Below are positions 39,131 through 54,472 of a DNA stretch of 64,000 nt, piece by piece. Location of the stretch: the NCBI GenBank assembly GCA_951406725.2, contig OX597818.1:133362001-133426000 (forward strand), in the 5' to 3' direction. Numbering within the stretch: the first letter of the stretch is position 1; each line of letters opens with the position of its first letter. Position numbers and translations under genes: made by a program. Below the pieces are notes generated by a model. It did no database searches, had not been told where the DNA came from, and saw only the letters and a program-made list of their open reading frames with translations. The stretch is from Octopus vulgaris. Lineage: Eukaryota.

Positions 39131-39339
39131 TTTTCTTCCTTTTCTTCCTTTTCTTCTTCTTCTTCTTCTTCTTCTTCTTCTTCCTTTTCTTCTTCTTCTT
39201 CTTCTTCTTTTCTTCTTCTCTTCTTCTTCTTCTTCTTTTCTTCCTTTTCTTCCTTTTCTTCTTCTTCTTCTTCTTCTTCTTCTTCTTCTTCTTCTTCTTC
39301 TTCTTCTTCTTCCTTTCTTCTTCTTCTTCTTCTTCCTTT

Positions 39340-39373
<34 letters not shown>

Positions 39374-39452
39374 TTTCTTCCTTTTCTTCTTTTTTCTTCT
39401 TCTTCTTCTTCTTCTTCTTCTTCTTCCTTCTTCTTCTTCTTCTTCTTCCTTT

Positions 39453-39486
<34 letters not shown>

Positions 39487-39575
39487 TTTCTTCCTTTTCT
39501 TCCTTTTCTTCTTCTTCTTCTTCTTCTTCTTCTTCTTCTTCTTCTTCCTTTTCTTCTTCTTCTTTTTCTTCCTTT

Positions 39576-39607
<32 letters not shown>

Positions 39608-39625
39608 TTCTTCTACTTCTTCTTC

Positions 39626-39657
<32 letters not shown>

Positions 39658-39787
39658 CTTCTTCTTCTTCTTCTTCTTCTTCTTCTTCTTCTTCTTCTTC
39701 TTCTTCTTCTTTTCTTCTTTTCTTCTTCTTCTTCCTCTTCTTCTCTTCCCCCTCATCCTCCTCCTCCTCCTCCTCCTCCTTCTTCTT
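38936..39787. repeat. ~850-bp (TTC)n/(GAA)n polypyrimidine-polypurine tract
   Basis: Almost purely C/T on the + strand with TTCCTTTTC variants. Confidence 0.97.
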
Positions 39788-40394
39788 CATATTACACTGA
39801 AGTAGTTTCTTATTATCACTTATTATCTCAATATTGACATTCTCACTACAGAATCCATGTCTGGCAGATCTACGTTGCAGATCTTTTGTGTAGTTTCCTT
39901 TGTAAAAGTGTAATTTCAATGAAAAGCCTTAATTATACAGGCAGTTGTTTAAAAACATAGTCTTCAAAACAAACATTCACTTAACTAGCCACTATCATGA
40001 GAAGAATGTCCCTTATATCTTATGCTTCTTTAAGAGATATTGACAAATATATGTCATACGGTAGCTTTTATTTGATTTTGTGTTGCATTTTATATTCTAC
40101 TCCAAGATTATCAAAAGAAGAAAGCTATTTGCCAATACAAAGATTAAACTACAACCATCTATACATTTATAGATTTATATATTTATGTTGTTATCAATAA
40201 ATTTTTATAATATATGCTGATACAGACTTGGATATATTTATACGCATAGATACGAACATAGACATATGTATACAAACTGACATATGTATATGAATGTATG
40301 AAATTTGTCTATATAGATGTAAACATTCCAATATTGGTAGGTGTAAATGAATATAAATGCATATATACAAAAATATTTATAAAATCATACTCAC

Positions 40395-42250
<1,856 letters not shown>

Positions 42251-42945
42251 TATGTTGTAAACATATAATGTAAATTGAATTGAAATGACAGGAGAGGTGG
42301 AATAAGTAAATAAACAGTGAAAGAAAGAAAGCAAGAGAAAGTGAGAGTCAGTGAAACAGAGAGAGTGAGTGAGAAAAAAGAGACAGACAGACAGACATAC
42401 AGAGAGAGAGAAATGAGCGATGCAAAAATATGTAGTAAGAGAGCAAGAGAGAAGAAATGATAGAAAAATTTGTAAGCTACAAGGCAGTAATGGAAAATAA
42501 ACGAATATGCCTTCTTGAACTTTTCATTTAACAGAACAGAAACATAGAAATAGTTTACAAAGAACAAAGAAGTTCTTAGGTTGTTGTTGTTAATTTTTGT
42601 TTTCTTCTGTGATAGTATTTTTTTTTGTTTTTTGATTTTTTTTTTTTGTTTTTTTTTAGAATATAGTGAGATAAGAACTGAAAATGTTACTCCACAGAGA
42701 TATTTTCATTGCTAAATAGCAACGAACAAATTTTGTAACTTAATTTTTATTCATGTATTTGTCGATAAATTTTGTTGTCAGTTCTGTTTTGTTGTGTTGT
42801 GTTGTGTTGTGTGTTTGTCTTTTTTTTTTTTTTTTTTTTACTTTTTTTTCTATTTTTTAAAACAAATTCTAATGTTATGCACGTGCAGATATATGTTCAT
42901 AGGCACACACACACAGACAAAAAAGCAAATACATACATTTATGCA

Positions 42946-43001
<56 letters not shown>

Positions 43002-43304
43002 TTTATATATATATATATAATGTATCTATACATATGTGCGTTTCTATGCATGTGTGTGTTTACATGTGTATCAGAGTAATATTCATACATAAATACATAC
43101 ATACATTTTCTCTCATATATGTGGACATCTGAATGTTATCACATGAATAAGTCTATGTAGCAAATTAAAAGACAATCTAAACTTATTTTTATATCATATA
43201 GTAAAAAAAGTAACTTATTCTAAATTTGTATGTTAATATTTAATTTATCAGTATATATCATTATTTTCATGTGTGAAATTATATTTAATATTAAGAAATT
43301 TTAT

Positions 43305-46100
43305 TCATATGTTCTGTGATGCATGTAACCTTTTAATCTGCAACACTAACTTCAGGAAGCCAGACAGCCACCTGATAATCTATCAATCAGATGACTCTGC
43401 TAGCCAGATTGATTTCATCCTTACCAGACAGTGGGATGCAGGGTTGCTCTTAAATACAAAGATCCTCCCAGGTGAAGAATGTACCCCCCAGCATAGACTA
43501 ATCATTAGTAACTTTAGACTTGAGGTCAGAAGGATGCCAAGAAGCAGACCAATCCAGAAAAAATGGATTTGGATGCTAAAGAACCCTTCATATGGTCAGA
43601 GATTTAGGGACATCCTCAACAAGAAATTTGATGAGAGGGAGGAGGAGCTACAGACCTCAGACACAGAAGGTAGCTAGAAATTCCTACAGGACAGCTTACT
43701 GAGTGCCACAGACCAAGTCTGCAGATGGTACAAAGCCCCTTCCAGACCTAGAGTAACGTGGTGGTGGAATAATACAGTAGACAAAGCCATTAGAGCAAAG
43801 AAACAGGCCTGGAAAGCCTGAAAGTGTTGGGGTAGCAGGAAACTGTACCAGATAGCCAGAAGGGAGGCTGGCCGACAGGTATATATAGCCAAGGGCGAAG
43901 CAGAAAAGAAGTTTGCCAATGTCCAGCAACATGAGGACCAAAGAACTGAAGTATTTTGGATTGCAAGACAATGTGTGAGAGAAAATTGTGATGTCACAGG
44001 AGAGAAATGTGTCCACATGGATGATGGTGCACTTGCTTTTAATGATTCAGAAAAGAAAGAGGCTTGGAGAAGCCATTATGAAAACAATTAAGGATATGAA
44101 GCCAGGAAAAGCCCTCCAGCCCATAAGGAAACATTGCCGAGATGCTTAAAACATCTGGTGGTGTGGGCTATGGCCTAGTCACCCATATTCTAAACCAGAT
44201 AGTTCATGATGAAGTCATACCCAATGACTGGCATAGCAGCACCATAGTCAACTGCTACAAGGGTAAAGGTGATGCTTTAGACAGAAATAGCTACAGGGGT
44301 ATCAAACTGCTGGATCAGGTGATGAAGTCACGGAGAGGGTCATAGCCCAACTAATTAGAGAGAGAGTCTGCTTAGATGAGATGCAGTTTCGTTTTATGCC
44401 AGGTAGAAGCACCACTGATTCCTGGTACAGCAACTACAGGACAAATACCTAGCCAAAGATAAGCCCCTATACTTGGCTTTTGTGGACTTGGAGAAAGCTT
44501 TTGACAGGGTACCCTGATCCCTTATCTGGTTGGGGATGTAGAAACTGGGGATTGACAAATGGTTAATAAGGGCTGCACAGGCCCTATACAGAGATGCCAT
44601 TAGTAAAGTTAGGGTTGGTAATGAGTATAGTGAAGAATTCTGGGTAGAAGTAGGAGTCCACCAAGGATCAGCCTTCAGCCCCCTCTTATTCATCATAATC
44701 CTCCAGGCAATTGAAGACAGGTTGCCCTTGGGAGCTCTAGCAGAATCACTACCAGAACTAGAGAAGAAATTTCAGGTGTGGAAGCAAGTTTAGAATCAAA
44801 GGGCCTTAGAGTCAATGTTGCAAAGACCAAAGTTCTAGTAAGTATGGTGAACACATCACACACCCCTTCAGGTAGGTGGCTCTGCTCAATCTGTAGAAAA
44901 GGCATAGGTAGAAACTCCATAAGATGTACCGAGTGTAAGCTATAGGCAAAGGAAGATTAACCAGGAAGATAGCTTTCATTTGCAGCAGATGCACAGGGGC
45001 AATAAACACCACAGATGCTCAGAAAACAGATTCCATCACATGCCAGGGGGAGAAACTAGAAGTAGTTGATAGCTTTCGCTACCTAGGTCACCAAGTCTGT
45101 AGTGGGGGGTTGGTTGCTCAGAGAGTGTTACCATTAGAATAAGAATAGCCTGGGCAAAGTTCAGAAAGCTTCTACCCCTACTGGTGACAAAGGGCCTCTC
45201 GCTTAGAGTAAAAGGTAGATTGTATGATGCATGTGTGCAAACTGTCATGCTTCACGGCAGTGAAACATAGGGTGCAAATGCTGAAGAATGTGTAGGCTCG
45301 AAAGAAATGTAGCTAGCATGATCTGCCAGATGTGTAATGTCAGTGTGCACACACGACAGAGTGTAAGCACCCTGAGAGAAATGTTGGAGATAAGAAGTAT
45401 TGGATGTGGCGTGCAAGAGAGTCATTTGTGTTGGTATGGTCATATACTATGGATGGATGAGGAGGGCTGTATAAAGAAGTGCCACTCCCAATCAGTGGAA
45501 GGAATCCTGTGTAGAGGTAGACCCAGGAAGAAATGGGATGAGGTGGTGAAGCATGACCTTCGAATGTTGGGACTCACAGAGGCAATGACAAAAGACCGAG
45601 TCCTCTGGACGTATGCAGTGATTGAGAAGAGCCGGCAAATAAAGTGAGTTCACAGCTGTAACCTACACCAGTGTGGCATGACCAGCCCACTCAAAAGTAC
45701 CTTAGATCATAGGGCAACATGCATGAGAAGACCTACTGAGACAAGTACATCAAATTCAAATGGAAATTGTAGTTGTGATCCCCATGCCGGTGGCACATAA
45801 AAAGCACCATCCGAACGTGGCTGATGCCAGCGCCGCCTTGACTGGCTTTCATGCTGGTAGCACATAAAAAGCACCAACCAATCAAGGTCAATGCCAACCT
45901 CCTCTGGCTCATGCCAGTGGCACGTAAAAAGCTCCCACTACACTCATGGATAGGTCGGCGTTAGGAAGGGCATATAGCTGTAGGAACACTGCACTGCCAG
46001 ATCAGATGGGAACCTGGTGCAGCCTCCTGACTTCCCAGACCCCAGTCGAATCATCCAACCCATGCCAGCATGGAAAACGGACGTTAAACGATGATGAGGA
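43305..46100 (+). mobile_element. Degenerate RTE-clade LINE: endonuclease C-terminus, reverse transcriptase, 3' UTR, (GAT)n tail
   Basis: CNTNFRK..SQIDFIL..PQHRLII (APE); KGKGDALDRNSYRGIKLL, FVDLEKAFDRVP and GVHQGSAFSPLLF (RT); YADD motif deleted at ~44737; RGRPRKKW; ends GGACGTTAAACGATGATG. Confidence 0.92.
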
Positions 46101-46411
46101 GGAGGAGGAGGATTACGATGTATCATCATCATCATCACCAACCTTTTGATGTCTACTTTTCTTTTTTCATGTTTGCATAGGTCAGACAGAATACATACAT
46201 ACATACATACATACATACAAATAAACAGACATACATTCAAACAAACAAACAAATATATATATATGTATATATAATTCCAGCAGGTGACACTGTCTGACCA
46301 CTTAGAATAAAGTACTGAAAGACATGTCTGAGGCTGGCTAAAATATCTTTCACCCATAATCATTAGTCCGACAAAATATATTGTTTTGCTTGTCGCTCAT
46401 CGACAACTTAT

Positions 46412-46523
<112 letters not shown>

Positions 46524-47042
46524 TCATCATCATCATCATCATCGTTTAACGTCCGTTTCCCGCTAGCACGGGTTGGACGTTTCGATCTGGGCTGGATGCC
46601 CAGGCTCAGTCTAGTCTGGCAGTGTTTCACAGCTGGTGCCTTCTAACGCCAACACTCGCGAGTGTAGTGGGTGTTTACGTGACACCTGATGCCAGGGTCT
46701 GGCATCGCCACGTCGGATGGTGCTTTTGGGGGGGGGGGTTCAGGAATGATGACAGGTTCTAGGCAATACAGGATATCAGAGGGGGTAATGCATGGTGAAA
46801 TGCGTGTGAGAGGGGTTCGAAGTAGACACCTATAATGTGTGGAGAGACATCCGTGATGGAACAAAATATGATATCGTGGTGGTGGGGGTGGCAGGCGGTG
46901 CCCAGGAATACGAAGGTTGAACTTTGAAACGCGGATGTGTTTTGGGATGTAAGAAAGAAACAAAGCAGATTGGTGGTTATAGTTAAACATTTAAACGGTG
47001 ACAAATGTATGTATGTATGAATATATATATTTATATGAAGAA

Positions 47043-47247
47043 ATCATAAAGCAGAATGGAGAATTATACATCTTTAAAACTTGTTTATTTCAGTATTATT
47101 CTCATTAAATTCATGTTAGATTCCAATCTCACACGTTTTTTCTGGTGCATAAGTGTCTTAATAGCCTTTGATGTAGCAGTTATGTATATTTTGTTGGTTC
47201 AGTTGCAGTACATCTAAAATTCATAATTCTCCATTCTTCTTTATGAT
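47043..47247. repeat. ~205-bp element bounded by 25-bp inverted repeats
   Basis: ATCATAAAGCAGAATGGAGAATTAT (47043-47067) versus ATAATTCTCCATTCTTCTTTATGAT (47223-47247), one mismatch. Confidence 0.65.
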
Positions 47248-47455
47248 GGTTTGATTATATACTTTGTATGTTGTATGAAATCCAATGAAGCAAACTCAAG
47301 ATTTACCTATTTAGTGAACTACTGTTTGAATTGCTTATCGAAAACAGTTCTGTATTTTCCCTGTCATTCAATATAGTTTACCAGATCTGGATTATATCAA
47401 AATGTTAATAAGGTATTTGCCTAGATTCCAAATTCTTATTCCTTTAAATTATATG

Positions 47456-47486
<31 letters not shown>

Positions 47487-47491
47487 GTATA

Positions 47492-47869
47492 GGCGCAGGA
47501 GTGGCTGTGTGGGAAGTAGCTTGCTAACCAACCACATGGTTCCGGATTCAGTCCCACTGTATGCCCTGGGCCAACCAATGCCTTGTAAGTGGATTAGGTA
47601 GACGGAAACTGAAAGAAGCCTGTCGTATATATGTATATATATATATATGTATGTGTGTGTATGTTTGTGTGTCTGTGTTTGTCCCCCCCAACATCGCTTG
47701 ACAACCGATACTGGTGTGTTTGCGTCCCAGTAACTTAGCGGTTCGGTAAAAGAGACCGATAGAATAAGTACTAGGCTTACAAAAAAGAATAAGTCCCGGG
47801 GTCGAGTTGCTCGACTAAAGGCGGTGCTCCAGCATGGCCGCAGTCAAATGACTGAAACAAGTAAAAGAG
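47492..47869 (+). mobile_element. SINE family B inserted in (TATG)n
   Basis: Family B sequence flanked by GTATGTATGTAT on both sides. Confidence 0.85.
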
Positions 47870-48269
47870 TATGTATGTATGTATGTATGTATGTGTGTAT
47901 GTATATCCCACACACACATACATGCATTTATTCTTATACAAGAATGTTGTTGACAGTGACTTCAATGGGTTCAATCAGCTAAGCCCCTATCAGACTGCAA
48001 TGCATTGGAACTTAGTTGGCCAAAACTTTGTAGTTACAGTCAACTGCATTCTTGTATAAGAATAATAAACTTGTACTCTACAACAGAATAGAGTAACCCA
48101 TCAAATTAATGTAAAATTGTTTCTATTATAATAGAACATAAAAACAAACATTAATACACACACACACACACACACACATTTAATTCTGATACATCAAATA
48201 TGGTAGTTTTCTGTCAGAACATTATTATTTTTTTGTGAGTAGATTTGGTAGACAGAGACTGCAAGAAGT

Positions 48270-48305
<36 letters not shown>

Positions 48306-49735
48306 TGTGTGCCTTTGAGTTGGTGTTTGTTTTCCACCAATGCATGACAGCTGGTGTTGGTTTGTTTACATCTCCATAACTTAGTGATTCAGCAAAAAGA
48401 GTTTGACAGAACTTAGTGGTTCAGCAAAAACAGTTTGGCTTAAAAGGGATAAATAAGAGGTCAATTTGTTTGACTAAACCCATCAAGGTTGTGCCCCAGC
48501 AAGGCCACAGCGTAATGACTGAAGCAAGTAAAAGATAGGAGATGTTAAAGTATTACAGAACTAGTGTTGCTCAATGTATATTTTGAAAAATTATTTAAAA
48601 AAAAATAATGATATAGATAAAAAAAAAAGCAATAAAATAAATGTTGTGCAAGTAAACAAAATAATAATCATACTGCATAAATACATAAATATAAAATGCA
48701 GACCACATAATAATTAAAGGGGTTTTAGTTCTGATAGCTAGTTATTTGTATCCATTAAACTAGCTATACATCATCATCATCATCATCCTCATCATTTAAC
48801 GTCCGTTTTCCATGCTGGCATGGGTTGGACGGTTTGGCTGAAAACTGGTAAGCAGGGGAGCTACACCAGGTTCCAATCTGATTTAGCATGGTTTCTACAG
48901 CTGGATGCCCTTCCTAATGCCAACCACTCCAAAAGTGTAGTGGGTGCCTTTTACATGTCACAGGGGCCTCTATACAGTGTTATCTTAAGGCATGGACACT
49001 GGATAATTGTCTGGAAGCCCGGGAGCCCAAAGTTAACTTACATATACTGTGGACTGCTGTCAGTATATAAATGTAGAGGGACCCCATTGCATTGTTTTGC
49101 CTGGTGTTTAATAATGCTGTTAAGACAACCTTACTTCTATATGGTCACAAGACTTATTACAAATACTAATCAAGGATTAATTTTATTACCAGCTACTACA
49201 TTACATATAATTACATTGGATTAAGAAGTCTTACATGTACACATGCATACATGACATGCCAGTCATACCTGGGACACCTGTCAGCTCTGATGTTGTTGAC
49301 CTGTAGTTAAACTATAACAGTAACAACAATTTATTATATAACAGCTAGGGTGATTTACATAATACAAATGTTGTTACCCCTACTGACAATATAGAATATC
49401 ACTTATAGTTCAAAACAGGGAACAATATGAAACAAGTGTCAGAAAAATTGTTGTTGCTATGGTGGTGGTAGTTGAGGTCGCTGTTTAACTTCAAGTCACT
49501 TCTGATTAAATATATCTATGATTAAAGACATTCCAGCCTCAAAAATCCTATCCTTCCTATTTCAAGAATAGTCTATTGAGAATTACCTAATCTATGTGTC
49601 CTTCTATTTTTAGATAACAAAGTTTAATTCAGTGGAGATTTGGCTGCTATTTCTTGAAGGTTGAATGATCATGTTAGGCTTCCACATTGGCTCATGCATG
49701 ATGATTGGTCCAGTATGGGTAAAATGATTTATGCA

Positions 49736-49963
49736 TTAACCATTTAGCATTCAGATTATTCTGTCAAATGTAATGCTTATTTATTCACAGTGTTTTGAAT
49801 TAATTATGAACTGTCTTGTAGCTCCAAGATCTTTTTGATGTGACTGTTTATTTTGACAATAATATTGTAGGGTAGAAGTGAGAGGCCAAATCTGACCTGT
49901 TTGAACATAAAACAGGCAAAATATTTCGGCCAGATATTGCCAGTTTAAATACTAAAGGATTAA
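49736..49963. mobile_element. piggyBac-like MITE
   Basis: TTAACCATTTAGCATT ... AATACTAAAGGATTAA; same family as 1262-1482. Confidence 0.75.
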
Positions 49964-52900
49964 CTTGATTGCATAAGTTCTAGAAAAGCCAGAGGCAAAA
50001 TAGTCAGTCATAATTTGATAGCTGAGCTAGGTTAACATACAGGAAAGGCAGGACGCAATTCAACTGTGATAGTGGAGGTGTGTTAAACACATCATCAGAG
50101 ATGATGCACACAGGATACGAGATAGCTGTACAATAAGAAGGGGCAATCAATAATGAGTGGAAAAATAAGTGTCATTTGCTGACAGTGGGACATGGCTGTA
50201 GCAGAGAACGACTGAGGAAGCTGAGGAAGGATTTGGTAATTCAAAAGCTCAATATATTGGGCTATATGGGATGAGAGAGTAGGTTAGATTTTTACTGTAC
50301 TGCAGACCTGTTCATCTCATGCTAATATGGAAAATGATTCTGGTGATGATGATGATGATGATGATGATGATGGCAACAGCAGCAGTGGCAGTGATGAGAA
50401 TTGTGATGGTGACAATGACAACAACAGTGACATGAAAAGTTGGTGGGGGTAGTAGAAATAGTAGAGTGCAGTGCAAAATGTTGTTACATCCTTTTTTTGT
50501 TCCGAGTGTTCGAATTCCATTGGGAGATCAACTTTGCCTTTTATCCCTCCCTATCGATAAAATGTCTATCTGTCATGTTTTGAAGTTGATTCAATTGACT
50601 TTGAGTTTCCCTTTAAAAAAAAAAAAATCTATGAATTTGTGCCACTGTGAAGAAATCAATTCTCTTTAACACTATCATGTCAGTGAAGCCTATGGCTTTA
50701 GTTTTGCTTGTGACACATTCCTAACAATGATGCCAATTAATTCCCTCCAAGCTTTTTTTTTCACTATAATTTAGACCTGATAGTATAAAAACAAAGTTTG
50801 ATTTGATTTTTTTCCTTTTGTCTGCTGGAATATGAAGAAGACATAGCTAGTAGGAGGTGTCAATGATATCCACATACCAACTTATCAATTCCAGTATTGT
50901 TTTTTACTTTTTAATTTATGTTCTAGACCTGGGTAGGGAGTAAATCAAAGTCTCTACAGTAATAACCAGTGAATGACACGCCTCCTGAAATGGACAGTAA
51001 CCTATCACAGCTTTGAACCTGTATTTCTGAGCCATCAAACTGTATTTTCAATCATCCAATAGTTCACAACACCTAACACCAGTCATTCAAAATCTTTATT
51101 TTATTTTGTACTTAATTTTTTTTTATCGATATTGGATGGGTGGAGGAATTGATTACTCAAAGATAGAAAAAAAAAACCCAATTAAGGGGCAAAAATCTAT
51201 ATGATAATTGAGTTTTACACTTAGTTATTATAAGCTTGTCGAATTACTCCTGCTAGTGTGTATCAACACCATCATTCTCATATCCAATTACCAAACTCTA
51301 GGTACTATTATTGAAATGTTTGCCTGCTTACTTGCTTGACTGAGTGTCTACTATAGTATCACAGGGTTGACTGCAGAAACTAGACTGGTTTAAATGTCTG
51401 TGGTGAGTATTGGATATGAACCATATTGACTTGGCTAGCTGCAACTCATTCCTTAAAAGATAAGACTGCAATTATACAAAAGCCATTTTCTTTTCAAGTT
51501 TGACATTGATCACCAATTAATAAAATATTAATTAATCATACCATCTTTCGTTGATCACTAATTTGGTTACTAAATCAAACATGGTTCATTTCATTTAAAT
51601 TTAATAATTTTATTTTATTTCATTTTTTTTTTTCAATTAGTCATTGTATTCAGTAAAGTACATTACAAAATACATCAGTTCATCTAAATTAGTTAATTTA
51701 AATCAATATAGGAAGTTGACAGACAGCACAAAGTCAGGTAAATATCAAAAATTTTATAAAAAGTAGTAGGTATTTATTGTGCTGTTAATCTCTCTTTTGT
51801 TTTATAATAATTACACTATACATCTACATTTTGCACTACTTTTCATTTTGTATATATTCATTCTTTGTTTTCAGACAAAAATTTTTACACCATTAAGACT
51901 AGGATTGAACCCATAAACATGCATTACAACAACTATTATAACTGTGCCACATTTTTGTTCAATGTGAGTTTTCTTTTCAGCATAATTATACACAACACTT
52001 TTAGACGTGTAATATGTCTCATTCAAACCACTTCAAAAAGACATAGTCTTCTAGTCCCTTCACTGAAGTGGTGATGAAAGAATCACCAAATAAATGTACA
52101 AGATTGTGTGTAGGAACATAGGAATGGTTAGAAATTAAATAATCCAAAGACTTCATCCACATGAAAACAACAGAAAAATTTTAATAAACAGAGCACTAAA
52201 AAAAGCCAACTTTTTTCTCCTCAACAACAAATCTCAGACAAATAGTTATTAAAATTTTCTTAAATTTATTTACATCATGAGAAGCATATTGCATATTACA
52301 TAAGGTATTAGTCTTTCTTAATAACAAACTTCTCTATTGCATTATACACACTATTTTTCAATATCTGTTTTGTCAAACTTTGGCATTAATTCACTGCATC
52401 AAAAAGCCTTTTCATTAGTTATCTTATACCAATATTTTTTCTTGTTGAAAATCTATTTCAAATGTTTTTAATATATTTTATTGCTTTTTCTGTGTTTTCT
52501 ACTATTTCACTGAAACTTATACTTGAAAAAAAAAGTCTTATACTGACTCTTTGGGTGAGTATTAATATATTTTGAAAAAATTGAAAGTTAACTGGTCGTA
52601 TCCAATTCAAGCTACATCATGTGTGTCTACACATTATAACAGCTTGAAGTATTTTTTATACTTAAATTCCGATTTCTTATTATATTTTTTACATTCATAT
52701 TAGGACTTACAAAAACCAATATAATAAATGAATTTATTTTTCTTTTGAATCTGCATTGTTGTGGCTTCTATCATTCTATGCTTCAAGAAAACTAATCGAC
52801 AACTTACAAACTGGTTCTTCATTAAATAATTCTTAAATCAACATAGTACTTGCATAAATCACAGACTTATGTTCATGGTTTTTACATAAATTGCATATGA

Positions 52901-52966
52901 ATTACATCATACCTATATATAAATAATTATGCACTAACTCTACACACGCACACACACACACACACA

Positions 52967-53010
<44 letters not shown>

Positions 53011-53837
53011 AGGGTGTATCAATAAAGTGCTTATTTAATTGGCACCTGCATAAAATATTTGCTCCTTTATATAGTATTGACACAAAACACTGAATTTCTT
53101 TTATGGCACTCAATTTTTTTTTAAATCATCTAAATGGTACCAAAATAACAATCAATACTCATGCTTTAATTTTTTTTTTAACAGCTAGTCAAAAATTGAC
53201 TTTGATCTGTAAACCTCCTTACCCACAAATCTTTTCTCATTCCACACTTCAGACAGGAGATAACCTTGTGTGAAATGACCCCATTGTTGCTGATAGGAGT
53301 ATTTCTTCAGTGCCAAAGTTATTTCTTTGTTCACCGAAGCACAAAGCACAAACAGAATCCTTCAAAAATCTAAGGCAGTGATTCATTTAGAAGCTCAGTA
53401 GATTACATCATTTTTAATTTGTATTAGAAGCCAAAAAAGAAAGAAAAAATAGTATTTTTTTATGGATTTCAAATATGCAAAATTCAGCCAAATTTTCTCA
53501 CATCTCCTTTGAAATTTTAAATTATTTAAAATCCATGTTTTTGATGCTTTTAAAAATATTAATTTGATTGAATTCTAATAGTGATTTAAAGACTCTTGTT
53601 CTTTGTTACACTCTGGCTGTGTTTTTAGATCTAGTCGAATACCAATTAGTATGTGTGTGAGAGGAATGAGGGAGCTGTAGTACAATCCATACCACCGGCG
53701 AAGAATATTGGCATTAATTGGTAGCTATGGTAATCAGGAATAGCACCAGCTTCAAAACCTATTGCTCAGCACTGATTTAGACATTTTCTTAATCCATTGG
53801 GCATTATAAAAATATATATATATATGCATACATATAC

Positions 53838-53876
<39 letters not shown>

Positions 53877-53888
53877 TGCATATACATA

Positions 53889-53937
<49 letters not shown>

Positions 53938-54454
53938 ACAAATACACACATGTACACACACATATTCACACACACATACACACACAAAGAAAGAAGGAAA
54001 GACATGCTGTTATTCCTTCCTCTTACTTTTCTTTGTGTTGCAAGAGGAGTTAAATTCAGAGATTTAATTTATGCAAAGTCCTTGCTGTAATTTACATCGC
54101 TGCATCTAATGGGGATTTAATTCTTACTTTCCCCTTCTATTCATCCTGTTGTCAATCAGATAGCTCCGGCTATTGTTTCTCCAAACCATTCTTTTCTTTA
54201 CTATATGTCCAGCCTTTTATTTTGTTCAGCATTTGATTTTTATTCATATCAGCATATGTGCTACAAAACCATTTTCTCCTTTCACAATATATATACATAT
54301 ATATATATATATATGTATATAGTTCTTTTCCTAATTCATGGGATCAAGAACACTACTTCGTGCTTTTTAAGATTTTTTTTAAATATTTATTTATTTGTGT
54401 ATTTTCTTCAAAATTTAGCTTAATTTTGTTTTCATTTTTCAGTAAAAAAATTAC

Positions 54455-54472
54455 CACCACACACCACCAACA
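54455..54472 (-). CDS. Candidate 18-nt microexon (TGTTGGTGGTGTGTGGTG)
   Basis: ~35-nt pyrimidine tract ending ttgtttttgttggcag; donor gtg|gtaatt. Confidence 0.35.

Noticed and set aside
38909-39919. 298-aa and 317-aa ORFs (poly-F/S/L and poly-E/K/R)
   Set aside because: Products of the stop-free (TTC)n/(GAA)n tract; no convincing splice or domain evidence.
45785-45935. CRISPR-like repeat-spacer pattern
   Set aside because: Only three repeats, linkers resemble each other, and it lies within a LINE 3' UTR.
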